Source: Sminthopsis crassicaudata
Taxonomy: Eukaryota
NCBI RefSeq assembly: GCF_048593235.1
Contig: NC_133620.1
Location: forward strand, 302,327,765-302,391,764
Length of the DNA: 64,000 nucleotides
Direction: 5' to 3'
A program made the translations under genes and the position numbers. The notes under the pieces are model-generated. The model had not been told where the DNA came from and searched no databases. It saw only the letters and a program-made list of their open reading frames with translations. Every line of letters starts with the position of its first letter. Position 1 is the stretch's first letter. Of this stretch, positions 1 through 13,630 are shown one piece after another.

Positions 1-195
1 CCCTTCCAACCTTCATCATTATCTTTTCCTGTCATCTTAGCCAATCTGACAGGTGTGTAGTGGTATCTCAGAGTTGTCTTAATTTGCATTTCTCTGATCA
101 ATAATTATTTGGAGCACCTTTTCATATGACTAAATATAGTTTCAATTTCTTCACTTGAAAATTGTCTCTTCATATTCTTTGACCATTTATCAATT
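1..195 (-). mobile_element. L1 ORF2 3' fragment
   Basis: Same sequence as the ORF2 C-terminal part of the other L1 copies here (CTGTCATCTTAGCCAATCTGACAGGTGTGTAGTGGTATCTCAGAG). Confidence 0.85.
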
Positions 196-3100
196 TCCCT
201 CTCCATTTTAAAGATTCTTTTACATCTCTTCATGTGAAATAATTTACCTCATTCTACCTCTCATTTCCTTCTGTACCATTTCATTCCTTAGTTATTTTTA
301 TGTGATTTCTTTAACTTCATCTTATTCTTGTGCCCTCTGTGCATGTAGGTCATAGAAAATAAATAGAACTTACAGAAAATAATCCTTAGCTGTTAACCTT
401 CCCAGAGGCCTTTTTATCCTTATCCACTTATAGTAGTTTGGTAAGCTCTCAGCAAGTGCTTTCTTTAGTGTGGTTCTCCAGTGTGTGTCTTCTACTAAAG
501 TTCTTGGGTTTTTTTTCCTCACTGGTGTTCTCCATGTTTATTCTGGCCATCTTCATAGTATATATATATATGTTTCATTGCTTTGTCTATATTTCTCAGT
601 AGATTACAATAGATGATTGAGGATAGAGCAGGACTGTTGCTACTTGTTGTCCCTCCTTTACTGTCCTGTGACACATTATTCCTCCTGATGTTTTCTAGCA
701 GATAGGTTAGTTTCTTTCCCCAGCTGTTAATTATTGGGCATTTTAGTAATCAGTCAATCTGAATTGTTTGTAAGGATATTGCAATTCCTTATCTGAGAAC
801 ACTTGGCCAGCCTGCTTCCACATTTCTTCCTTTGAGCATTGCAATTCTGACCATCTCTGATCTCATGGAAACATGGTCAGGAATCCATCAAGTGCTTCTC
901 TATTCTCAGTACTTAAGTTTCAGTGACTAAAGTCTCGTATTTCACACAAATTTTATTTTCTGCCAACATTAGTCCTCATCTACAAGAATAGTCCAGTCCC
1001 TGATTTCTACCATTAATTATCCTTTCAGGTACTGAGTTACTCTGTAATTAATTGGTTTCTTGGGGAGATGGAATGAAAAGGAAGCAAGCAGCTGAAGAAG
1101 AAAAAACAAGTTGCCACTACATATTCTTCCCATTAACAAATCTCAGTATTATGAGGGCTATCCTTATTTTTGTATAAAAACTCCTGTTTTTATAAGTTTT
1201 CAAAACCTGCCCTTCCCTGTCCTCACATTTATTATCATGAACATAAAAATTCTCCTATTCATTCAAGATAACACCTGTCATCTTTTTGATGGAACTAGAC
1301 TCGTAATTTCTGCATTGTTATATGCAGAATGCTAGTTGTAATGAAATTCATAGTCTTAAAGTGTTTTGGGAATCAAGAAGATCAATGATTTCCCCATGAT
1401 CACGTAGCCAATGTTTATTGGCATCAGGACTTGAAACCAGTCACTTTAACGTTAAAATCCCACTCTATGCTTAATCTCCCTAATTTGTAGTTTTTCTAAG
1501 ATTAATCTCTTTCCTCTATCATCATTTAATATGTCACAGCTTAAATATTTGCTGTGTGTCAGGCTTCCGTTGCAATGAAAAAAAAATACATAAATTACTA
1601 GGTACATAAAAAATATATGTAGAGCAGATGGAGACAATCTGAAAGGAATGGCACTAGTAGCTGAAGTGACTAGGCAATTCCAGGTCACAAATCCAGAATA
1701 GATTGATGTTTCAGGGTAAAGGATGGTCATGGATCCTGGAACAAATGTCAGAGCAAATAGTGGTTGGGTAACTCTAACTGATCCTGAAAATGAGTTTGAA
1801 AACCATAAAAGAATTACCAGGGCAGAAATCCCAGACTAAAGGTGATCCTGAAGTTTTGCCGATCTAAACCAATAGAGTTTTCTAACTGTCTGGGAGTGGT
1901 TGATTCAGTACTAATTTATACTGGAACTTTTAATCAGTGATAAACCAAAAGAATTGTTGTATATACTCAAACTCAGATCAAGAACTTGAAGGGCTCAGAT
2001 CAGCAGGGCAATGATCAGACTTTACATTGAATCACACCACTAGGCAGGCATGGAAAGTTTGCTGGTTTTAAACCTGAGTTGGCCCTGATATACTGGAATA
2101 ACACAGGGCTTAAATATCTCAAGAGAGGCAAAAAGACACAAGAAGATACAATCTCAAGTCAGGACTTCCCCAAGAAATGCCCATTCCTAAAATAAAATCT
2201 AAAATCAAGAATAAGACTAGAAAAGTGAGCAAACAAAAAAGACTACTATATAAAGCTATTTTGGTGACAGGGAAGCTCAAAATACAAACCTAGAAAAAGA
2301 GAATACTGTTAAACATGTATAGGCAAAACTGCAACAGGATCACACATGTATACACACACATGAACACACACATGTATGTAAACAGACAATGAACATACAT
2401 TCAATCAGTGTTCCTTGATGAGTGTCAAAAAGAGCTTTAAAAGGATTTTACAAATAAAATGAAAATGATAGAGGAAAAATGGAGAAAGAACTGAAAGCTA
2501 TGAAAGAAAGATGTGAGAGTTAACAGTTTTGGAGATGTATAAAAACTTACTAATAAAATCACTCTCTAAAAATTAGAATTAACCAAATATGAGACAATAA
2601 GACATTTTAAAATGAAGTCAAAATACTGACAAAAAGTACTCGCCTGAAAAACATATTGAGGAGGAAGAATTGGAGAATCATTGAATAACCTGAGAGTTAT
2701 AACCAAAAAAAAAAAAAAAAAAAAGTTTAAGTATATTTCAATAACTGATAAAAGAAAACTGTGCAGATCTCTTGGAATTAGAAGATAAAATTGAAATGGA
2801 ATAGTGACTTCTCGGAAGAAATACCAAAATAAAAATTCCCAAGAATATTATATTCCAAACCTAGAACTTTTAGTTTAAAGATAAAATACAATCAGAAAGA
2901 AAGAATTCTATTAGAGAAGAGCCACAGGCAGGATTCCATGTGATTTAGCAGCCAACACCATAGAATAACAATGAGCTTGTGGTATGATATTCTAGAAGGC
3001 AAAAGACAGACAACAAAAGATAACCTACTCAGGAAAAATGAGTATAAAACCATGATGAGGAAAAGGGGAAAAAATGAATCTTGAATGATACAGAGAGCTT

Positions 3101-3436
3101 TCAAGCTTTCAATAATCATAGAAACAATAATGAGACAATATGCCAGTATTTTGGGGAATGAAGTCAAAGTAGTCTTTAGAAGAAAATATATACCTTAAAA
3201 CACTTTCACCAATTGTAATGCCCAATAATTGCGAGCAGGGACTTCTGTTAATTTCTTAGTAGAGATTTATTAATGTTAGATGACCAATGGGACCTATAGT
3301 CCAAAGCATTCAGTCCAGAGAAATTTAGGCACAGAGTAATAGTATTGTAACTAGTAAAGCAAGCAGATAAAGCAAAGAATGCATTTAGGCAGCTATTTAT
3401 CATTTATCATTAGGCAGCTATTATACAAGAAAAATA

Positions 3437-3522
3437 GGGGGGCAGTTAGATGGCAGGTAGGTGGCACAGTGGATAGAGCACCAGTTCTGAAGTCAGAAGA
3501 ATCTGAGTTCAAATCTGGCTCA
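3437..3522 (+). mobile_element. tRNA-derived marsupial SINE head (WSINE1/MAR1-like)
   Basis: GGGCAG..AGGTGGCACAGTGGATAGAGCA..GAGTTCAAATC with A- and B-box-like motifs. Confidence 0.7.
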
Positions 3523-3889
3523 GAATTACTAAAGGAAAAAACCCTGGACCAGATGGTTCTTACAAGTGAATTCTATCAAATGTTTACAATTAATTAACAA
3601 GGTCATTTAATTCCAATATTACATAAATCGTTTTACAAAATAGGTAAAGAAAGGGTCCTACCAAATTCTTTCTTTGAGAAAATATTGATATTTAAACCAG
3701 GAACAGTACAAAATGAGAAAGAGCATAGATCAATATCCCTAATGGATATTGATATATACAAAACTTTATGATATTAGTAAGGAGACTATAGCAACATATC
3801 ACAAAAATCATACACTATGAGAAGGTTGGATTTATACCAGGAGTAGTCCAATATTAAAAAAAAAAATCTATAAAAATGACCATATTAGT

Positions 3890-4403
3890 TGTAATGCCAG
3901 AGAAACAGAGGCAAGATAGAGATTAAAGATTTTTCAATATTTTATTTGGATTTCTGAGATTGTGCTGGGGACATGATGCCCCCAAGGCTGCTATCTAAAG
4001 CATCCGACTGAGAATGTGAGTTCTCAGTGACATTTTATATATATAAAATCACACAGTTCCAAGCTGAGGTAGCTAAACAACGGGAAAGGGGCGAGAGGAG
4101 GGTAGAGTCCAAACTCTGGTAAGTGGGACTCTGCAGGCAGGGACCATTGATCTGGTTCTGACAGGTTGGGAGTAGGACCATAAATTCTTATAAATTGAGA
4201 GGATTTAGGTGTCCAAATAGAGCCAGGAAGTCTGAAACTTGGAAATATAGACAATGCCAATTAAGTATCTGAGATAGGACATCTGGAGTCTTATCTTTTG
4301 GAATGCCAGATCTCCATAGCCCTAATTATCTCATGAGCAGAAAAGGGAGGGTTGCAACCAGAGAAACTGAGGCAGAACAATTCAGGGAAACTGCGGCAGA
4401 ACA
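3890..4403 (-). mobile_element. Solo LTR, class I (ERV1-like) family
   Basis: TG...CA ends, AATAAA on the minus strand near the left end, GAAACTGAGGCAGAACA repeats shared with other copies in the window; no clean TSD seen. Confidence 0.8.
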
Positions 4404-4995
4404 TTGATAACAATAACAACAAAAAAATTAAGTATAGCAATAAAGCACAGAGAAGGCTTTTGAAAAGATTGAAATTTGAAATCTCATTTGAAATTTAATA
4501 AAAGGACAAAGAGGTAAATCTCAGAGTAAGACATTGTGAAGAGCATGTTATTGTTTTTCTTTTGAAGACAATCATGATAGGAGTCAGGGAGGAAGGAGGC
4601 AGGGCTGGGAGAAAGGAAAGGAAGGAAGAGAAGAAGGGAGGAAGCAACTGCCTTGTTCAATTAGAATTGGGCAATTGGGTTCCCAATGAGACAGGCACTA
4701 CTACTCACAGGTTGCCTTTTGTTCTCAAAAAAAAAAAAAAACATTGATATCTGGAAGCAGATGACATGACTTGTATTGAATTGGATTTAAGTTAGGGGCA
4801 TATGACCTAATAATTAATAGCCCTGCATCTAGTCAAGTGAATTAAGAATATAGTCCATTTTTTTCTAAGTGTAGAAGAACAAAATAGAAAGCATTTAACT
4901 GGCTAGCATCACAAAGATGAAAAATCGCTATTGGCTGCATCAAATAAATTGTATATAGACCCCACATACTTTGAGAATTACCACTCACTATTTCT

Positions 4996-5954
4996 TTTTC
5001 TTTTTTTTTTTTAATTTTTAAGGTATATATATTTTTTTTACTTAATAATTTTTTATTATATATATTTTTAAATAATATTATCCCTTGTATTCATTTTTCC
5101 AAATTATCCCCCCCTCCCTCTATTCCCTCCCCCCGACGACAGGCAATCCCATACATTTTACATGTGTTACAATATAGTCTAGGTACAATACATGTGTGCG
5201 AATATCATTTTCTTGTTGCACAATAAACTTTAGATTCCGAAGGTACATGTAACCTGGGCAGACAGATATTAGTGCTAACAATTTACATTCACTTCCCAGT
5301 GTTTCTTCTCTGGGTGTAGCTACCTCTGTCCATCATTGATCAACTGGAAGTGAGTTGGCTTTTCTTTATGTTGAAGATTTCCACTTCCATCAGAATACAT
5401 CTTCATACAGCATTATTGTTGAAGTGTATAGTGATCTTCTGGTTCTGCTCATTTCACTCAGCATCAGTTGACCTAAGTCTCTCCAGGCCTCTCTGTATTC
5501 CTCCTGCTGGTCATTTCTTACAGAGCAATAATATTCCATAACCTTCATATACCACAATTTACCCAACCATTCTCCAACTGATGGACATCCATTCATCTTC
5601 CAGTTTCTAGCTACAACAAAAAGAGCTGCCACAAACATTTTGGCACATATATGTCTCTTTCCGCTCTTTAGTATTTCTTTGGGATATAATCCCAGTAGTA
5701 GCGCTGCTGGGTCAAAGGGTATGCACAGTTTGATAACTTTTTGGGCATATTTCCAGATTGCTCTCCAGAATGGCTGGATTCTTTCGCAACTCCACCAGCA
5801 ATGTATTAGTGTCCCAGTTTCCCCACAGCCCCTCCAACATTCATCATTATTTGTTCCTGTCATCTTAGCCAATCTGACAGGTGTGTAATGATATCTCAGA
5901 GTGGTCTTAATTTGCATTTCTCTGATCAATAGTGATTTGGAACACTCTTTCATG
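4996..5954 (-). mobile_element. 5'-truncated young L1 (ORF2 C-terminus, 3' UTR, A-rich tail)
   Basis: ORF 5390-5959 is the L1 ORF2 C-terminal cysteine-rich region; perfect 16-bp TSD ACCACTCACTATTTCT at 4980-4995 and 5955-5970. Confidence 0.95.
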
Positions 5955-6859
5955 ACCACTCACTATTTCTAAGGAAGGTCTTTATAAATTACAGGCTGTA
6001 ACAACCCCTCTCTGAGGTCCCTACAGACTTACTGGAGACTGGGGAATTCAATAAGACCACTTTAATTGGTTAAAAAATAGGAGGTTAAATTATCCTAGCC
6101 AGTTTGCCCTATCTTCTTCAGGCAAGCCCCACAAACTTTGTAAGTGATACCAAAGCAATATTTTATGGGCGTATTGGGAACAGAATTTATCACCCTTATA
6201 TTTTTGGGATCTAAAGTTAGAAAGAAGGGAGGTTTGGACTTCAGCATACTTAAGTTGTCCGCCTAAACCTTACAGGAAAGGTTTCGTATTTAAAAGAATT
6301 GTTATAGCACAAAGTAAATTATAAAATTCAAAATAAAAACCAATTTACTCAGTATAATGAAAAATTCCTATTAAAACATTGAAAAAATAGATTTTAAAAA
6401 ATAAATTATATCCATCTTAAAACCTAGTCAGCAATATCTATAATGCAATGATCCCATTTTGGATAAAACAAAGTCCAATAACTAGAAGCCTTTTCAATAA
6501 GATCGAGGGTAAAGTCTAGAAAAATCATCATGGCAATTCAATGGAGCAAAACTTAAATTGCGGTTCAAAATCTCATATGTAATCATGTAAGGATTTGAGT
6601 CATATCAGCAAAGTGATTTTCCTACCTTACATAACCATATACTCGGTCTAGTAGTCCACTGTGGAAGATATTGCTGACTAGGTTTTAGGATGGATATAAT
6701 TTATTTTTTAAAATCTATTAGTTGCATCAAGAGATTATGTATGTAGCATAACATGTTTTTGGACGTGTTAGCTTTTTATTAAGTAACCAACCAGTTTTAA
6801 GATCCACTTGTTTGCCTAAGACTGCGAATGTAACAGCTACTTTTAAAGAAACCGTAGGT

Positions 6860-6875
6860 GGCTCTAAGAAGAGCC
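6860..6875 (-). terminator. Histone 3' stem-loop of H3 (loop variant UCUU)
   Basis: Minus strand CCAAA-GGCTCT-TCTT-AGAGCC-ACCTA, followed by HDE-like AAAAGTAGCTGT. Confidence 0.92.
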
Positions 6876-6903
6876 TTTGGAAGTTGATGTCAATAAACTA
6901 AGT

Positions 6904-7362
<459 letters not shown>

Positions 7363-7445
7363 CTATTTATAGGAGCCAGACTTACTGAGTTGTTACATGA
7401 TTGGTTTAAGGGAATCTTCGAAATCCCGCGCTATGACGTGATTGG
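7363..7445 (-). promoter_or_regulatory. H3 promoter
   Basis: TATAAATAG (minus) at 7363-7371; CCAAT boxes at 7399-7404 and 7440-7445; TGACGT at 7434-7439. Confidence 0.85.
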
Positions 7446-8054
7446 TCCGCTTTTCATCCCCTTGTTTCTTTGATTTTTAAAGTGCCTCTTTTTTTAGATC
7501 CTCTAACTCAGTTCTTGTTTTGGTTCTTTTGCGCGTTCTTTGCTCCCTCCCCATATGTCATTGTAATGTGTTCACCTTAAATAAAAAGAGAAAACATTTG
7601 TCCTTGATATTGAGATTGCGTGCAATTTGTAAATAAAAATTTCATTGACTTTCTACAAACTTGAATTAGAAACAATTGGTAGTATGTGTGCGTTTCTTCC
7701 TTTGGGGTTCCATTTTCAATGACTAATTCCAATTATGGAATGTGTCTAGTCTTTTTATTAAATCAGCCCACAATATTAATTATATACCTAGTTTGTGCCA
7801 GGCACTTTATTAAGTACTTAGGGACATAAAAGTAAGACAGTTTACATTCTAAAAACAATCCAAGAAGACAACATGCAAACTATTAGGTGCAAATCCTACA
7901 TAGAGGATGAATTATAGATAATTCAAATTTGGAAGAGACTAGGACTAAAAGCTTTTCTGATGAAATGCTCTCTATAGAAGGATTTAAGGTGGAATTTGAA
8001 GAAAGTCAAACAGTATTAAAGAGTAAAAGATCATGGATTGTCAAAATTGGAAAG

Positions 8055-8235
8055 TACAGCAATGTATAGTAGAAAGATTTGAGAATCAAAAGATTTAGAT
8101 TTGGATAACTGCAGGCAATCACCCTACAAGGTGATATAATCATGGGCAAATTTTAAACTATTTGAATCTGTTTCCTCATTTGTCAAATAGGAATAATGTT
8201 TGTGGTATTTTCTTCACAAGTTGTGTTGAAAGACA
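8055..8235 (+). mobile_element. MIR/CORE-SINE relic
   Basis: Core-like CTGTTTCCTCATTTGTCAAATAGGAATAAT motif. Confidence 0.55.
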
Positions 8236-9725
8236 AAGTGGCACACAAATGTGATCTTTTGTAACAAAATCAGTCTCATTGTTGAAAAAGAATTCCAAGG
8301 CAAGAATTCCCTGTAAAGCTTACCAGAAATGCTGTCATTTTAACTTATGTTAAGGACCACCCCATTACCTCCAGAAAAATCCCAGCTCATCTTTAGATAA
8401 TTATTATTTGGTCTATCAAGTCTAAAGCTGCCCATTTGCAACTGAAGTTCATATATCTATAGTTTTAGAATGTAAGGGAGTTCAGTTTCATTTAGATGAG
8501 GTTCAGAGAGTTGAACTGTATGAACTGCCAAAAGTTAAATATTAAAGAGGCCAAGCTAATCCTCTGAACCCAAATTTTGTATTTTCTATGCTCCTTTGGG
8601 CCAAGGAAGAGCAAAAGTGCAAGTCATTTAACCTCTTAACAGATCTAATTTTACTATAGATGAGACACATCCCATTAGAATGTAAGCTCCTTGTCTCCTG
8701 CCCTTAGCAGAATGTCTGAAACATTAGTAAAGATTAATAACGTCTTTTGACTTAATGATTAAAAATTGGAGAGTTTCTACTACATAGGCATTCTTGAGAG
8801 TTCTTTCCGTTTTAAATTTGTGATCCTATTTATAGTCTAAATCTATTTCTTCCCTTTCCTACACCATAGCCCTTAAAAAATTTGAAAATACCTATCATAC
8901 CTACCCTGTTCCCATTCTTCACCCTTGTTCTCCAGGCTAAGCTTTTCAATTTCCCTCACCCTTCTGATTTGTCTCCAATTTACCAATTTCTCTTCTTGAC
9001 ATAATATTCCAATTTCTCCATCAGATGTTTAGGATTAAATTACAGAGTTGCCTATCTGTATCTATGGAAGGAAAACTAACATATTATGAGTTCCTCCACA
9101 TTTGGTGCTTGAAAGATGTCTTTGAGGCCATTGGTTAAAAATAAAAATTTTATGGGTCATATATGCACATATGTACACATGCATATCTTTATATGTCTCT
9201 GTCTATATGTATCCCCCAGTTACTGATATGGAAGTTAATTTAAAAGGAGCCAAACTACTAAATTTCACAGGTATTTAGAAAGCAAGATAAATTCTTTAAA
9301 AGAAAGTCACCTGTATGAATGAGAAGTAGGAATATTAGTGAGGCAATATAGTCACACTGATACTTGTAGAGAAGTGGTAATCAATAAAGAACTTGCTTTA
9401 GCTGATTTACTTTTTCATTGAAGCACTCAGAATTGAAAATCTGACAAAGATGGACACTAGTTACATGCCTCTTATCAAATTATTTGTTGAACTTTTCTTT
9501 GTGGTTAAATTTACAGGATCATAAATGATAGAAAGAACAAGAGAAATCTAGAAGTACTTTTATTTTTACAGATAAGGAAAAGGGATTCAAAGAAGCTCAT
9601 GTGATTTATCCAAAGTCACACAGTAAATTATGGAATGGGATTAGAATCCAGGATCTCTGGTTGTAAATTCTTTCAATCCCAAAGTTTAAAAATGACTTCT
9701 AGCAATCAAATAACATTTTCAAGAG

Positions 9726-11550
9726 GACTATGAAAAGATGTTTTGGATTATAGGACTCGATTTGCACGACTTCCAGGGTACTGGAGCTCTTGCTGATTTT
9801 CACTTTTCTTAGGTGATCAAGCAGACTGGATACCAAACAGGACACTACTCTGTGCTAATGTCTTCGCTTAAAGATTTGTTGAATTCATGGCAGAAACTAG
9901 GCATGGACCCACATTTAACACCACATACTAAGATAAAATCAAAATGGGTCCAAGCTTTAGGCATAAAGAATGAGATAATAAATAAATTAGAGGAACATAG
10001 GATAGTTCACTTCTCAGACTGGTGGAGGACGAAGGAATTTGTGTCCAAAGAAGAATTAGAGATCATTATTGATCACAAAATAGAAAATTTTGATTACATC
10101 AAATTAAAAATTTTTTTTCACAAACAAAACTAATGCAAACAAGATTAGAAGGGAAGCAACAAACTGGGAAAACATTTTTACAGTTAAAGGTTCTGATAAA
10201 GGCCTAATCTCCAAAATATACAGAGAATTGACTTTAATTTATAAGAAATCAAGCCATTCTCCTATTGATAAATGGTCAAAGGATAGGAACAGACAATTTT
10301 CAGATGATGAAATTAAAACTATTTCCACTCATATGAAAGAGTGTTCCAAATCACTATTGATCAGAGAAATGCAAATTAAGACAACTTTGAGATACCACTA
10401 TACACCTGTCAGATTGGCTAAGATGACAGGAACAAATAATGATGAATGTTGGAGGGGCTGTGGGAAAACTGGGACACTGATACATTGTTGGTGGAGTTGT
10501 GAAAGAATCCAACCATTCTGGAGAGCAATCTGGAATTATGCCCCAAAAGTTATCAAAATGTGCATACCCTTTGACCCAGCAGTGCTACTACTGGGTTTAT
10601 ATCCCAAGGAAATATTAAAGAAGGAAAAGGGACCTGTGTGTGCCATAATGTTTGTGGCAGCCCTTTTTGTAGTGGCTAGAAACTGGAAGATGAATGGATG
10701 CCCATCAATTGGAGAATGGTTGGGTAAATTATGGTATATGAAGGTTATGGAATATTATTGTTCTATAAGAAATGACCAACAGGAGGAATACAGAGAGGCT
10801 TGGAGAGACTTACATCAACTGATGCTGAGTGAAACGAGCAGAACCAGAAGATCATTATACACTTCAACAATGATACTGTATGAGGATGTATGCTGATGGA
10901 AGTGGATATCTTCAACATAGAAAAGAGCTAATCCAATTCCAATTGATCAATGATGGACAGAATCAGCTACATCCAGAAAAGGAACACTGGGAAATGAGTG
11001 TAAACTGTGAACATTGTTTTTTCTTACCAGATTATTTTTACCTTCCGAATACAATTCTTCCTTTGCAACAACAACAACAAAATTTGGTTCTGCACATATG
11101 TATTGTACCTAGGATATACTATATTTAATATGTATGGGAATGCCTGCCATCTAGAGGAGGGGATGGAGGGAAGAAGGGGAAAAATTTGGAACAGAAGGGA
11201 GTACAAGGGATAATGTTGTAAAAAATTACCTATGCATATATACTGTCAAAAAATGTTATAATTATAAAATTTTTAAAAATTGTTGAATTCTTATCTCTTG
11301 CATATATAACCAGCCGCAAGTGGCAGTGAAGGATGCGAATTATTTTTGTTGTCCGGCTGTATTGCCAGCTAATTCTAAGATTCTAGCTGTTAAGGGTTCA
11401 AGAGTGCTTTCAATGGTCCAGGCGCCACCTCGTTCTGCACAAGTGACTTGGCAGAGCTCACGAGAAACTGCATTCCTGCTACAGAAGATCGAGAAATCGG
11501 AGACAGAAAACACACACAAAAAGGAATCTATTTCTTGCCTTTTCAATGGA
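9726..11550 (-). pseudogene. H2A: Degraded H2A pseudogene split by an L1 insertion
   Basis: Right part (about 11281-11550) reads RSSVAGMQFLVS, AERGGA, LEPLTARILELAGN, RILHCHLRLVI, EFN with frameshifts; left part (about 9790-9886) reads VLFGIQSA*SPKKSEN, matching [16 protein letters not shown]; decayed stem-loop CCAAA-ACATCTTTTCATAGTC at 9726-9741. Confidence 0.85.
9887..11279 (+). mobile_element. 5'-truncated young L1 inserted in the H2A pseudogene
   Basis: ORF2 C-terminal ORFs 9813-10133 and 10228-10896, then 3' UTR; TSD TTGTTGAATTC at 9876-9886 and 11280-11290. Confidence 0.93.
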
Positions 11551-11680
11551 TGGGAGAAACTATAGAACTGAAAATAAAGTTTAAAAGAAGAAAACAGATT
11601 ATACAAACAAAAAAAGACAGTTCAATCGCTGAAAACGATTCACATTAGGGAACTCTGACTGGTTGATAGTAGTTTGATTC

Positions 11681-11737
11681 ATTGGCCAATAAGAAACAAA
11701 ATCCAGAATCTCTTAATTTGCATACGCCCCTTTAAAA
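11681..11737. promoter_or_regulatory. Relic H2A/H2B divergent promoter
   Basis: ATTGGCCAAT (two CCAAT boxes) at 11681-11690, perfect octamer ATTTGCAT at 11716-11723, TTTAAAA at 11731-11737, upstream of the H2A pseudogene. Confidence 0.6.
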
Positions 11738-12197
11738 CTACCGAGCTTAACGTAAAGTATTAAAACGTTGATCGTTTTTTGTGTATGACGGCAATCTCCT
11801 AGACAAAGCTTTTGCGTTTTAGTTTTGTGATTCCATGGTTTTTAAATTAAACACTTAGCCAGGCGAAGTGTGCCGTAAATCGCTGGGTCCCAAGTCAGGA
11901 AAACTCCTTTAAGTTCAAACTTTAACTCGGGCTCTTTCAGGCTTGTGGGAAATTACCCCATTTGATTCAACTACTTTTAATAAGCAACTAAAGGTTTACG
12001 TCTCGCTAGATAACGACGGACTACGTAGCTAAAAATTAAACAAAACTTAGTTCCGGGAACAGTGTGTGAATTAGTTGGATAAAATTACAAATGAGATTAT
12101 GAAGTTTTTACTTACAGTAGCGAACAAGGCATTCAAAGCCCAGGTAGTTGAAAATTGATTTTGTAAGATTACAGCCATTTTGAATGAAAATGCAGGT

Positions 12198-12213
12198 GGC
12201 TCTGAAAAGAGCC
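12198..12213 (-). terminator. Histone 3' stem-loop of H3
   Basis: Canonical GGCTCTTTTCAGAGCC followed by ACCTG. Confidence 0.95.
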
Positions 12214-12249
12214 TTTTGGTTTGCCTATTTCAAAATGTAACTGTAAATC

Positions 12250-12681
<432 letters not shown>

Positions 12682-12720
12682 TTAACATATAACTGAGTAA
12701 GAGCAGGCGCTTGCTGCCCC

Positions 12721-12790
12721 TTTTATAGAGTCAGGATTGTATTGATTGGACTGAAGTCATATTCGAAGACCTGTGCTTCAACCCTATTGG
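12721..12790 (-). promoter_or_regulatory. H3 promoter
   Basis: TATAAAA (minus) at 12721-12727; CCAAT boxes at 12744-12749 and 12786-12790. Confidence 0.8.
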
Positions 12791-13630
12791 CTCATAAGTC
12801 AATCCTCTCAGTGGATGAACTCAGAAATTGCATGTCTAAATGGAGCCTCACCTCTAGCTTATTTACAGCCCTTTACTCTCTTATTCTCTCATCTTTGGGA
12901 ATTCCTTTTTTTTTTTTTTTTTTTAAACCAATATCTATTCTATATGTTAGTTTTCGCATAATTTGCTTATTTTCGATACTATTTTACCTTTTTAAATTTT
13001 AGTTTGTTCTTCAAAATAAACTAAAAGTTTGGCTTGCAACGGAAATTTTTTATATTTGAAAAAACAAAAAAACAAAAAACACTCGGCCGTTCCAGGATGG
13101 TCACTGTTTATAACTATTTCTTTCTCTTCTCTCAATTTATTTCATTCTCTACCACCTCTTTTCCATGCTTTCATCACAAGCCCCCAGCCTATTATCCTTC
13201 ATGAGTTGTGGCAACTTTATGATACAGATTTTTGCTTTCCTCTGATAACGGATTCCTCGTGTGAAAAATTCTACTCTTAATTGACTGGAATGTCTAAGAA
13301 ATTGTATGATTTCCTGATAGTCAGGTAGTTAGAATCTATCAGAGGCCAGATAAATCCCAGTGTTTTAGAATCCAAAACCTTTATCTCCCGCCCTTCGCCT
13401 CACTTCCTTCACAATGCTACCTCTCAATTTGTGGTTATTATTTATTTTAAAAAGAAATAAAGAAAGAAAATTCAAGGTCTGTTTTTTTTTTTTTTAATCA
13501 ACACTTTATTCATGCCACTCTAACAAATCAACCAGTAAGCATTGATTAAGATATTTGTGCTGGTGATACAAGTATAAAAATGATTATATTTTACCCATTG
13601 AAGACACGTTGGTACAAGATGATAACTGGG

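Larger units (their letters stand above)
2150..4500 (+). mobile_element. Old degraded L1 (ORF1 and ORF2/RT relics) interrupted by a SINE head and a solo LTR; boundaries approximate
   Basis: 3535-3860 translates to remnants resembling L1 RT ([24 protein letters not shown]); an EKAFEK-like stretch resumes after the LTR at about 4445-4470. Confidence 0.6.
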
